A DNA stretch of 63,534 nucleotides, counting the filler, from Saprolegnia diclina VS20 (lineage: Eukaryota): assembly GCF_000281045.1 (NCBI RefSeq). It is 9 parts of 4 records of this genome, joined end to end, with 100 filler letters (N's around TTAATTAATTAA, not from the genome) between each part and the next. Parts side by side here need not be neighbours in the genome. Positions count along the whole stretch, not along the records: positions 25,807 to 49,793 come from NW_008246176.1; 8 more parts are not named here. One strand, 5' to 3'. Both the position numbers and the translations under genes were made by a program. How positions within the stretch are numbered: position 1 is the first letter of the stretch; every line of letters starts with the position of its first letter. Under the pieces are notes generated by a model, which did not search any database, was not told where the DNA came from, and worked only from the letters and a program-made list of their open reading frames with translations. Positions 35,060-46,893 of this stretch are shown piece by piece.

Positions 35060-36049
35060 GATAATTAAGTGTCCAATTTGAAAATGAAACTTGGCTCGTG
35101 TCAACGCAGCGACACCCTTGGCGGTTGACGCGTTGGAGTTGTTGAGGCTGCCGTTATCGATGATAAAATGACGGTGCTCGTTCGTTCTCTTCTTATCAAG
35201 AGATGCCAATTTGTCGTCGGTCGATTCGCAGTCGGTGGCGGAGATGCCGTAGGCTTGGATTTTGGCTTCCGTTCTCCTCCGAGCTCCACAACTACTGTAC
35301 ACTGAGCGGGCTCCATGGACCAAATGAAGAACTAGGTATTCGCTTGCCGTGGACCATCGGTGGGTTCATCTGGTATCGCATTTGCGTAACGAAGATATGC
35401 GCGAGATGAAATGACGTGTTGAGCGGTGCATTTGTGGTGCAAAGTTGTCACCAACACAGCCGCAAGCTATCTCCTCTTTTGTTTCTACTTGCTCCCACGA
35501 CGGTGCACGCGGTGGCTCGTCGTCTTGGTCGAAGGCCGTCGCGTTGGGCTAAGCAGCTAGGTTCATAGTATGATGTCCAGGCGTCGTTGCCTTGGCTGCC
35601 GCTTTTTCGAAGGATTCGACGGCGCGAGATCCTTCAAGCAAAGAGGTGACAGAAGATGAACGGACGCTCGTTAATGCCCTACTTTCGGGTAATCGTCGCC
35701 GCCTCGGGTTCTTCGGAGAGTGCGCGACCCGTCGCTGCTACGCGACCACATCGTGCGCAAGGTTGCATGCGGACTGACCGATGCTTGGCGTACCTCCCAC
35801 CATTGGCATGGTCCGCGACCCAGAGGCGTTCACTTTATCCGCAAATTGTCGATCGTTTCAAGGATTTGGCCTGCGTTGCCGGATAGTAGAGCAAAGATTC
35901 CTAGGCCGACATCAGAACGAGCTGCTCGCGCCACTCGATTCTCGATATGACGGTGCCACTGACGAGAGGAACGGCGAGCACGTGTAGCAGCCGACAACAC
36001 GTGCTGCAAGAGAGTATGACGGACAATGGTTCGATCGCGCGTCTTGTTA

Positions 36050-36457
36050 TTAGGGATCATACTTGTTGGTAATTGGCACGTTGAAATCCATGGGCGACTC
36101 GATGGCGCTGTCCGTCTCGTCCACGAGCAGCGTATTGGCAGTCGAGTCCCGTCGCGACGGAGTCTTGGTGGGGGTACGGTATTGGAGCCGCAAACGAATC
36201 GCCACAGCGCAACGGCCCGCGGCAGACACAACATAGACCCAGAGGCGCTTGCAATTTTGAACGCGACTCGGAAAGTCAAAGCAGCAGCCAAACAAGAAGA
36301 GGTTGAAGGCACCAAAGATGAGCGCGACTTCGAACATGTTGAGTAACGACCAAACGACGATTTCAAAGAGCGACTCTGGTGGCGTCACCGGTGTGCCGTC
36401 ACGCAATGTTGCTGTGCACTCGCACTGGAGGTCGTCCGCGGGCTTGCTGCACGCTTG
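36050..36457 (-). CDS. 10-Cys type I membrane protein, copy C (5' end in gap)
   Basis: 'QACSKPADDLQCEC', TM 'IVVWSLLNMFEVALIFGAFNLFLFGCC', tail 'NTLLVDETDS'. Confidence 0.7.
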   Translation of the reverse strand, partial: QACSKPADDLQCECTATLRDGTPVTPPESLFEIVVWSLLNMFEVALIFGAFNLFLFGCCFDFPSRVQNCKRLWVYVVSAAGRCAVAIRLRLQYRTPTKTPSRRDSTANTLLVDETDSAIESPMDFNVPITNKYDP

Positions 36458-37060
36458 TNNNNNNNNNNNNNNNNNNNNNNNNNNNNNNNNNNNNNNNNNN
36501 NNNNNNNNNNNNNNNNNNNNNNNNNNNNNNNNNNNNNNNNNNNNNNNNNNNNNNNNNNNNNNNNNNNNNNNNNNNNNNNNNNNNNNNNNNNNNNNNNNNN
36601 NNNNNNNNNNNNNNNNNNNNNNNNNNNNNNNNNNNNNNNNNNNNNNNNNNNNNNNNNNNNNNNNNNNNNNNNNNNNNNNNNNNNNNNNNNNNNNNNNNNN
36701 NNNNNNNNNNNNNNNNNNNNNNNNNNNNNNNNNNNNNNNNNNNNNNNNNNNNNNNNNNNNNNNNNNNNNNNNNNNNNNNNNNNNNNNNNNNNNNNNNNNN
36801 NNNNNNNNNNNNNNNNNNNNNNNNNNNNNNNNNNNNNNNNNNNNNNNNNNNNNNNNNNNNNNNNNNNNNNNNNNNNNNNNNNNNNNNNNNNNNNNNNNNN
36901 NNNNNNNNNNNNNNNNNNNNNNNNNNNNNNNNNNNNNNNNNNNNNNNNNNNNNNNNNNNNNNNNNNNNNNNNNNNNNNNNNNNNNNNNNNNNNNNNNNNN
37001 NNNNNNNNNNNNNNNNNNNNNNNNNNNNNNNNNNNNNNNNNNNNNNNNNNNNNNNNNNNN

Positions 37061-37387
37061 CACCGCGGCCAGCCCGGCCAGTACTGCGGCGCGTACATCA
37101 AGCACGGGTTCCAAGAAGTGTGTTGCTGTGGCACCAACCAGGTGTGCGGACGCCCAGCGGTCGACCTCCAATGCGAGTGCACGTCGATTGTGGTCGAGAA
37201 GGCGCCCAGCAGCTATGCATCATTTGACACGATACTCCTCGCGAGCCTGATCAATTTGGTCATTATCGGCGCCCTCTTCTGGGCCATGTACTACTGCTAC
37301 GAAGCACGGGATGCGATCACAAGCCGCCTTTGTGACTTGTGCTCGCAGCGACAAACGACCGGTCCACACACCAACGCTCGTCCATGA
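37061..37387 (+). CDS. 10-Cys type I membrane protein, copy C' (5' end in gap)
   Basis: 'GQPGQYCGAYIKHGFQEVCCCGTNQVCGRPAVDLQCEC', TM 'ILLASLINLVIIGALFWAMYY'. Confidence 0.8.
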   Translation, partial: HRGQPGQYCGAYIKHGFQEVCCCGTNQVCGRPAVDLQCECTSIVVEKAPSSYASFDTILLASLINLVIIGALFWAMYYCYEARDAITSRLCDLCSQRQTTGPHTNARP

Positions 37388-37844
37388 CCATGCCGCGAAA
37401 CCACGATCCCACGCGTTTGTATCAAAGTATCAATTTACCTCGTGAAAGCAAGTCGACTTCATTTCTACTAATATCGAGCTCGTGTACGCCGAGTCCACTG
37501 CTCGTCGCAACACGCCGACCACATAGACGCTCCTAGATCAGTGAGCATGATCGCTTCTCCTGCAAGGGCATCACATATCTATCACTTGCTCCAACCACCA
37601 ATCCACCAACAAGATAGCAAGTTCGATCGATCGATGATGGACCATCAATACTACTGCGGCTTCAAGGGGAGGCCTCTGTGCACCCATGCAGAAAACACCC
37701 TCCTGCGAGCGCGACGTTCATGCTGCACTTCGTCGATACATTGATACAAACCGATCGAGACACGACGATTGCGAGACGGGAGGTAGAATATACGATAGTT
37801 GATGGTTCTGAAATCTAGGACAATATCGCCAGCGGCGTTGCTGC

Positions 37845-40022
37845 TTACTGGGCGTACTTGCGGCGCTTGAGTGCGTTCGGGAGTGCGTGCAGCATCTTGA
37901 AAAAGGGCGTTTCGACCAGCACGAGCTCGGGCAACTTGGAGGTGGCGAAAAACGCAGCGTACGCGATCGGGCCATACTTGTCGACAAAGTGGAACGTGGA
38001 GGCCGGCGCCACGTCGGCGTCGTCACCGGACGTGTCGTCGTCCTTGGCCGCGACGCTGAGACGCCGGCGCTTTGTGGCTTTCGGCGCCTGGATCGGCTGG
38101 TCAATATCGATGTGCAGCATGAAGCGCTGGCTCCAGAGCACGATCGAGTTGGGCTGCGTCGGGTGGAAGAGCACGCCTTGGAGCGACGCATGCATGGCGA
38201 AGAGTTCCTCCGGGAGCTTGTGGGCGTTCTCGCGGCTCCAGTCGGTGAGGCTCTTGCGCTCGACGTCGTAGCAGGCAAAGTGGTTCGAGATCGTCGTTGC
38301 CACGAGCGTCTTGCCGCTCGGGTCGAGCGCGATCGCCGTGTGCATCGAGGCAGGCTGCGGCAGCTCGCAATAGTACTGCATCGAGTCGAGGTTGAACACC
38401 TACCCCCACAGAGATAAGAAATGCTGAAAAATTGAGAAAAATCGAGAAAAAAAGCGTACCGAGAGATGGTTGCCAATGTCACCAGACGCGAGCCACTGGC
38501 CGTCGCGCGAGACCGCGAGCGTCTTGGTCTGAAGCGCATGCGGCGTCGAAAAGGTCTTGAGGACGCTCAGCGACTGCATGTCGAGGACGCGGACAACGAC
38601 GTCGCCCGTGATCAAGTGCGTCGAGTCGGCCGTAAAGAGAAGCGAGTACGCCGGCTGCGCGAGCGCCGCCGTGAGCGCAACCTTGGTCACGTTGTGGCCC
38701 TCGAGGCGGAACACCTTGAGCTCGGTCGACGTCGAGCAAGCGACAAACTCGCCGTTGGGCGAAATGGCCGAACACACAAGGTTGGCGTCGCCGGTCATCT
38801 GCAGCTGCGCGAGGAGCTTGGGCGCGGCGCCGGCGAGGCTCCAGACGTCGAGGGCTGTCGTGTGCTGCGAGAGCAAGAGGCGCTTCTCGGTCGCAAGCGC
38901 AAGGAACTGGCGCGGCGGCAGCGGCGAGATCTTGGTGGGACGGCACGTGTTGTACGTGGCCGTCGGGTACGTGATGAGGTGCGTGTCGACGCCACCAGAG
39001 ACAAGGAGCGGGTCGTCGGCGTTGCCCGAGATGGCAAGCGCGCGTACGTCGTGCGTGTGCGCGCGGTGGCTGTACGTGTAGTTGAAGAGCTTGGTCGTTG
39101 CCGACCGGCGCAGCGAAATCACTTGGTTGTCAATACCAGAGGCAAAGAGCACCGTCTCGGTCGGGTCCAGTGCCATCGCAAGCACGTCGGCCGTGAGCTG
39201 CGCAAACGTCTGCATGAGCGTACCCGTGATGCCATCCCACGTCTGCACGTTGCCGTTCGAGTCGCCCGAGATGACCGTGAGGTCGTCGAGCACGAGGAGG
39301 CTCCAGACGACTGCGGTCGTGTGCCTGGCGTACCGCTCGAGCGTCATGCGCGACTCGTTCCGGCCCGTGCTGGCGTTCCACATGTAGATGACGCCCTCGT
39401 CGTTGCCGCTAAAGAGCGCGTCCGAGGCCGCGTGCCACGCGACCGACACGACGCGCCGACCCGTGCTGCCAAGCGCCTTCCGGAAGTAGAGCGGCTCGTC
39501 CTCGTCCATCGTAAAGAGGCGGACGCGGCCGTCTTCGCAGCCGACCGCGAGCGTGTTGTCGGACGCGTGGTACTGCATGCACCAGATCGGGCCGCCGTTC
39601 GCATGCAGCGCGTGAATGAAGCGGAGCGACTCGAGGTCGATTTCGCGGAGCATGCCATCGAGCGACGCCGCAAAGAGGCGACCAGTCGACGTCCACTGCA
39701 CGCTCGAGGTGACCGCCGACCCGCGGCCGCCGACGACCGCGTGGAAATGCATGTCATGGCCGTTGACGTTCCAGAGCTCGACGTCGCCGTTCTGGCGCGC
39801 GACCGCGAGGCGCGTGCCATCGGCATTGTAGGCCAGCGCGGTCACGGTGCTCGGCTCGTACTTCAAGAAGCGGCAGCGGTGCACCTTGCAGGCGGCGAGG
39901 ACCGAGGTCGGCGATGGCACGTCGCCTTCGACGCTGTCGCCGTCTTCTTCGGTCGTCGTCGGCTCGGCGATTGCGGGCGTCGTCGTCATGGCATCGGCCG
40001 CGCGCTTCGTCTTCGGAGCCAT
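37845..40022 (-). CDS. UTP4: U3 snoRNA-associated protein 4 (cirhin), WD40; intron 38400-38459
   Basis: 'VHRCRFLKYEPSTVTALAY...LAVARQNGDVELWN', 'GGPIW', 'AHTHDVRALA', C-terminal 'LVETPFFKMLHALPNALKRRKY'. Confidence 0.9.
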
Positions 40023-40709
40023 ACTCGTGGAGGATGCAAAATGGCACCAACCACCACGCCGCCCAGTGTATCGACCAGTCATTTTGGGCCATTTCAGTGT
40101 CCGGATAAAGACGATCTTTAGCGGACATCCGGATACGCGCCGTTCCCGCCAGGCCCAGTTCAACTTGCCATGACAAGGATGCCGAGGTCCCCATCGAGTG
40201 CTACTCGACTAACTGTACTACTCGGTCTCTCTACTAGAATGCGTCATCTTGCAGGGGCGACTTGTCGAGCGTCGAAGTCGTGGCCACCGCCGACGGAGAC
40301 AGCTACGGCAGCATAAGAACGAGCTCTGCCAGTGCAAGGACGAGTCGCCAAAGCCTACTAGTAGCACAACTGGTTAGCCTCCGTAGCTCTACGCGCAGCC
40401 CATTTTTCGCATGTAGTATAAGTATATTGGCTTGACCGGTAGCCAACGGTGCTGACAGAAGAGTGCATAGGGCTGCAGAGGCCCCTGCAATCGCAGGGCG
40501 AGACAAAGGCTGCGCTACCAGCAGAGGGATCAAGGTGAGCGCAAGGAGACGACAGCTGCAGTCGACTACAATCTCGACTTGCAGATCGACTTGCCGGTCG
40601 ACTGCAAGACAGGCGGCAACGAGTATATCGATTTCCAGAGGTTGCAACCTCTCACACTTTATCGCAGACGAACGCAATGGCATTTCGGATTCGAGCTTGG
40701 ATCGGTTGC

Positions 40710-43700
40710 ATGTCCCTCGCCGAGCACCAGCGCGAGATGCTGGCCTTGGCGCGGCAGCAGAGCGTCGTGCTGAGCGGACCAAGCCGCGTTGGCAAGACGC
40801 ACGTGGCGGCCATGCTTGCGCGCGAGCTGCTGGACGACGCCTCGCATCGCGGGAAGCTCGTGCTCGTGGTCGTGCCCGGGAGCAGCCAGATTCCGGACGT
40901 GTACGCAACGATGGCTCGCGTGTGCCATGCGCGCATGGGCGGCCAGCTACCGACGAACGAGCGTGCGTGGCAGACGGTCGAGTACATGAAGGCCCAAGTC
41001 GCGTCAACCCAGGTGCTCGTCCTCACGGCCGCCATGGTCGGCCTCCTCCTGCAAGTACGCTCGCCGCTTTGCATGCCAATACCGGTGCGACCAACGACGT
41101 GGTGTAGGAGAACGTGCTCGTGCTCGAAAAGGTCGCGCTGGTCGTCTTCAAGAGCTGCGAAAAGGTAGTCTCGACTGCAACTGCAACCCGACTGCAACCT
41201 CCTCGTTTCCTAGATCCACGCGCTCTTTCCAGCGTTTTACCAGCGGTTCTTTGTCAAGTACGCCAAGCTGCACAAGGCGTGCCAGCCGCGCATCGTGGCG
41301 CTCACGACATCGACGATTTCGGCGCTCGAGTTGCATACGACCAAGAACCCGCTCTTTGCGTATACGACGGCGTGCAGCATGACGCTGGCGGCCACGCGCA
41401 CCAACCACGACCTCCTCGCACCGCTCTTCGCCGAGGTCTTTGAGGACGCGAGCTCGTCGTCCTCGATGTTTGTATCGGACCCCATAGCCTTTCTGCTTGG
41501 CAACAATGAGAAAGGCATCGACTTGGTCGCCGCGTACCTCGACCTGCACCGCATCCCTGGCGACGACGCCAGCCTAGCCAGCCGGAAAGACCGGTTCCTC
41601 AACGACGCCAGTGCCGTCTTCGACCACCTCGGTTTCTGGTGCTTTGTACAACACGTGCTCCACGAACTCGAGAGTGGCATCGAGTTTGCGTCATCCTCGC
41701 ACGCCGAGAGTCTCCTCGCATCGACGCATCTCAGCATTCTCTCGGAACCTTTGGTGCCGGTGGTGCCACGTAGCGACAGCGACCACGCAGCGTCCGTGGC
41801 CGGCGCCAACGGCCTCCAATCGTGGCTCACTGATCTTTTGGCGCTCGTCCCACGGACGCAAGCGACGCCACGACTCCAGCAGGTCGCGTCGCTCTACCGC
41901 ACCTTTGTCGCCAACGAAAGTCTGCTCCGAGATGCGCCGCTGACAAAGCGGACGTGGATCTTTGTGCATCGTCGGACGCACGCGCGGCTCGTGGCCGACT
42001 ACCTGACGGCGTCGTTTCCGCATTTACCGCCGGCGTGCAGCATGGTCGGCCAAGACGTGGCACACTGTCGCGACGGCGTGACGTCCATGGGCGATGTCAT
42101 TGCAACGTTCAACGACGCACGGAGCCTCGTGCTCGTGACAACGGCGCTGACGCACGACATGGACTGCGTGGCGCCGTGCGACCTCGTGCTCATTGCCGAC
42201 ACGTTGCACGACCAGCACAAGCTGCTCGACTTTCGACGCTGTACGCAGGTTACTACGAGACATTCTCGCCTCACCCTCGGAGTAGGCGCGGACGCTGTCA
42301 TGGGGGTCGTCCGCTACATCGTGCCGGGCACCGAGGCGGAGATGACCAAGTACAAGGCACTGCACGCCAAGATGACGCGCCTCGTGCAGATGGAGATTGC
42401 CAACATGCCGCACGAGGTGCTCGAGCAGCGTCTCCAAGCCGTCCGCGCTGTCGAGGCGCCGGTCCTGCCCGCCAACGACCACGCGTACGCTTTCTTATTT
42501 TGTCTTATTTTGGTACAGTTGAAAGAATGATACTTTTCTAGGTACGTTGTCGTGCACGACGACACGCAAGCGCGCCTCGATGTACGCAACAGTATCGAAA
42601 CACTGGATGCGTTCTTCGATACACTGCCTCTCCTCGCGATTGCCGACCACCGACCGCAGTACACGCACACACGTCACGCCATGCAAGCCGCGATGACAAA
42701 CAAACGGCGCCAGCGACTCGAGGCGAACCGCCGCCTGCATGACGACGACGACGACGACGAGATGACGCAGCGCTTTGAACATTCAGTAATGCTCCGGCTG
42801 CCGCCCGCGCTCGGGATCAAGGAGACGCTCAAGTCGCCGCGCGTCGACTGCGAGAAGCTCGCAAAAGCGATAGCAGCATTTCTGGCGTGCCAAGAGCTCC
42901 TGCGACGCGGGTTTCTAGACCGCTCGTTTCGGTCGCGGCTTCAAGGCCACGTCCGCGCAGCGTCGACGACGCCATCTTCACACCCGGTCACGGTGGAAAC
43001 CGAGACGCAGAGCAACTATGATGTGCCAGCGACCACGGCCATCGAGCTCGGGCTGCGCTCGGTGCGCGAAGTGTTTGCAGCCCATTCGAGCTCGAGCTCG
43101 AGTGTGACCCTGTATCTCTACCCGCTCGACTCGCTCGACTATGGTCTCTTGACGACGACGCCGCTGTATGGCGGTAAACGCCATGTATATGCAGCAATGG
43201 CGATGCTGACTGCAGCTTGCTAGGCGTGGTGCGGGACACACCGTGGCGCTACGAGTTTGGCACGACGCGCTGCATCTTGACGCCAGCGCTAGCGACCGTG
43301 CGGCTGGTGGACAAGACCCCGCGCGTTTTGGAGATGGCATTGTCGGAGCTCAGCGATTGCGTTCGGCATCACGTGATGCTGCTGCGCTTGGCGTGTTACG
43401 GCGTCGACGCGGCGCTGGCGGCGATCCGGTCGCCCGACTTACTGTGCGAATTCTCGGCCCGCAACGACAAGGGCTACCTGGTTGTCGCCTTGGACCCGGC
43501 GGATGCGATCGACTTTGACCACATGCGTGGCGTGATGGGGTCGTTTCTGACGCCGGCCTGGCCACTGCCGCCGCCCGAGCGCCTTGCGGACCTCGTCTGC
43601 GTCGCACGAAAGCGCAAGGATGTGACGTACAGCATCAAGCAGGTAGGACTGTACGTCCTGTCTATGCCTACGTGGTGCGATGCAGGTAACGACGACTCTG

Positions 43701-45502
43701 GTCGGTGACGTGGTCGCACGAGTGGTCGCCGACAACACGTTCTGGGGCCACACGATTCGCCGGGCCAAGTCGGGTACGGCTTGGGAATGCATGGTGCGTT
43801 GTGACGTACGTGGATGTAGCACCGGGTAACCCGATCCTCGGACGCTGGTATACCAAGGACGATCTGCTTGGCGCCGAGCCCAACCAGCCGCTGGTGTACG
43901 CGATCGAGCTGCCGTCGGCGCTGCCTATCATGCGCCACATTATGGACCGCCGCCCGCAGTGGACCTCGACCGTGCACCAGAAGGAGCGGCTCGTTTTGCC
44001 CGACCACACCGACGTCCTTGGCCTCTCGCGGTCTCGGTACGTGCAGGCGTTTGGCTTGCTCCCGCTCTTGTACGAGTTGGAGCGCAAGCTGCAGCTGTCG
44101 CGACTCATGGACCGCGTCGGCGCCGACATTGACTGGACGCTCCTCAACGACGCGACGTCCAAGCCCGCGTACGAGACGCTCGAGACGCTCGGTGACTGCT
44201 ACCTCAAGCTTGAATCGACATGGTTCCTGTACGAGGTAGTCGACCGAGTTTTTCAATGTATCAAGTTGATACTTTTGGGACTAGCGCCGCTGGGACCTCG
44301 ACAACGAAGGCGCGCTGCACATGACGCGCACCGACATGATCCGGAACGACCGTTTGTGCCTCAAGGCGATTTCGCTCGAGCTGCACAAGCTCATGACGCA
44401 CCCAAAAATCCTGGACACGCAGCCGTTCATTCACTGGAAGCCGAGTTGCGTGGGCCGAACGCCCAAGTCGCTCGTCGCGCCCGTCAAGTGGATTGCCGAT
44501 ACCGTCGAAGCCATGTGTGGGGCCTTCATTGCGGGTCTTGGCGAGCGTGGCGGCCGGCTCTTCTTGTCGTCCGTGCTATTTTCCCTTGATTTTTGTATTT
44601 TTTTTCTTACCTGTTCTTTGTCTCTAGATGGCTGGGCAACGAGACGCTCGACCCACTCGAATGTGCGTACGCGCGTCCTCTCTTGCCGCACTGTACGCCG
44701 CAGCCGCGCCCGTCGCTGCCCCGCACGTCGGTGCCGCTCAACCTGGTAGCGAGAGGGTTAGGGTTGTCCACATGTCGCACCCACAAACGTTGTAGGCAGC
44801 GCACGGGCTCGAGTTTGTCGCGTCGTACTTTGACGATCTTGGCGAGCGCGTCCGCATCCTCGAGGCGTCGCTCAAGTATGAATTCCGCAACAAGCGCCTC
44901 CTCCTCGTACACCAAGCCCTGCTCGTACCAGTTGTCGACGGTAGCTTTTAAACTAGGAAGCGATCGCGCACCCGTCGGTCGCGCCCGTCATGCGCCACGC
45001 GGACGCAAGCGCCGCCCTTGCCGCTCCGTTCAAGGGCGACTATGAGCGGCTCGAGTTTCTGGGGGACGCACTCGTCGAGTACCTCGTGCTGACGTATGCG
45101 ACGACCACGTACCCCGCGTGGCAACCGGGTGACCTTACATGTTGGAAGGGCGCGACCGTCTCGAACGACGCGCTCGGCAAGACGGCGCTCATTGCGTTTC
45201 ACGTCGATCACGTCATGCTCACGGGCGCGGTCAAGATGGACCCAAAGATGGCGGCCAACATACGGCTCGTCAAGCACCACTTTGCGCGGCTGCGCGCGGG
45301 GCAGCCCGTGGACGCGGCTGGCATTGACCGCGCGACGATGCCCAAGATGTACGCCGACGTGTTTGAAGCGCTCGTGGCAGCTGTGTTTTTGGACGCGGGC
45401 CGGGACCTCGTGACGATCCGCGATGTGTTTTTGGGGCCGCTCCTCGAGACGGTTGGCGCCGACGCACTGGCGGTCGTGCGTCGCCATCAAAAGACTACGT
45501 AG
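40710..45502 (+). CDS. DCL1: Dicer-like protein (DCL1-type): degenerate helicase, Dicer dimerization domain, two RNase III domains, multi-exon
   Basis: Walker A-like 'GPSRVGKT', 'PRIVALT', DUF283-like 'LRLP...KLAKAIAAFLACQELLRRGFLD', RNase IIIa 'YETLETLGDCYLKL...ADTVEAMCGA', RNase IIIb 'YERLEFLGDALVEY...ADVFEALVAAVFLD'. Confidence 0.9.
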
Positions 45503-46046
45503 CTTGGTGTCATGGTGCTCGTCTTGTGTGTTGTCGAGCGGCTATGGTGGATACGTGTCGTCACTATATCTAACGTTTTCTAGTTTGACGTAGTTGTGGT
45601 CAAACGAGCAGAGGGGGTTAGGGTTGCCGTTGGCTGGCGTCCCCAGACGACGACGACGATGGTCGAGGCGCCGCGACCCCATCATGCGTGCTGCATGTAA
45701 GGTATATAGAAGAAAGGGTATTACTCTGATGCAATGTACAGTATTGTCGTCGCTTGGCGGCACCACCGTGTTATGAGGTAGATAGCGGCTGTATCTAAAC
45801 ATACGCAACTTTGGCTCGTCGCTTCTTATTCCGTTGTACGATACGCTGCAAGGCACGAGCGCGTCGTGGTGAAGAATGCTCTCGCGGCAGCAGAAAGGAC
45901 GCGCGTATGGGTCACATGGACGTCACGGATACGAGTGCAGCCTCTACGCAGCGGACGCTTGGTAAGGAGCGTGCAGGTAGCCACTCTGAACCTCTCACAA
46001 TTGATACTTGAAGTGCCATATTCGGTATTTCGGTGGTGCAAGCACG

Positions 46047-46769
46047 ATGGAGGAGGCGCTGGCCCGCGAGCTCGCCGAGTGCATCCGCAACCCGGACGTC
46101 CAGCAGCGGCTGCTGTACCAATGGCACACGGCCCACGCTGTGCTTCTGCGGCTTCCGTCGACGGCGCTCGTCGGCAGCACGCCCGCGCCGGCGAGCGACC
46201 ACGCCCTCGCGCTCTCGCATACGTTTGCATCGGCGTTCGTGGCTACGCTCCTGCGTCTCCAAGACGACAAGAGCCGAACGCTGCCCAAGCCGATTCCGCA
46301 GAGCTTGAAAGACGCCTTTTGCGAAAAGTGTAGCGCGCTTTTGCTGCCCGGCGTCTCGGCGACCGTGCGCGTTGTGCACCAAAAGCACGGCGCGCCGCTC
46401 AACCTGCAGCTCGCGCGGGCCCACGCCGCGGCGCAGCGCAAGGCCAAGCACTTGCACAAGCCATCGACCAGTGCTCGCCTCGTGCGCGTGCGCAACGCGG
46501 TCATCTCGAGTTGCCACCGCTGCAAGCACGCCAACGTCCGCGCCGGCGCGGCCAAGCCGGGGCGCACAAGCACCAAGCGCAAGGCCGTGGAGCCAGTCGC
46601 GCCGCCGCCGACGCTTGCGACATTGGCCACAAAGGAAGGTGGTCTCTTTGGGAAGCTCCCGAGCCCGCCGCGAAAGCTGCTCGACGGACATAAGAAGAAG
46701 AAGAAGAAGGTGGCAGCCGCCCCCAGCGTGCTCGACTCGTTCCTCAAGACGCTCCGGCCACACAGCTGA
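46047..46769 (+). CDS. RNase P/MRP subunit Rpr2/Rpp21/Snm1-like protein
   Basis: 'IPQSLKDAFCEKCSALLLPGVSATVRV...VISSCHRCKH' zinc ribbon; Lys-rich tail. Confidence 0.8.
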   Translation: MEEALARELAECIRNPDVQQRLLYQWHTAHAVLLRLPSTALVGSTPAPASDHALALSHTFASAFVATLLRLQDDKSRTLPKPIPQSLKDAFCEKCSALLLPGVSATVRVVHQKHGAPLNLQLARAHAAAQRKAKHLHKPSTSARLVRVRNAVISSCHRCKHANVRAGAAKPGRTSTKRKAVEPVAPPPTLATLATKEGGLFGKLPSPPRKLLDGHKKKKKKVAAAPSVLDSFLKTLRPHS

Positions 46770-46893
46770 GCTCGCCGTACGAAGAGCCAACACTTTGGAC
46801 AGATAGTGAACCTGCCATGTGCTCCAGATGTAGTCCATTAACTAGATGACAATATGACACCATACCGGACACCGTTGTGAAGCTAGGTTGATG

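Noticed and set aside
36050..37387. ORFs of 265-373 aa spanning the N gap
   Set aside because: Artefacts of translating N; the flanks are two separate divergent paralogs.
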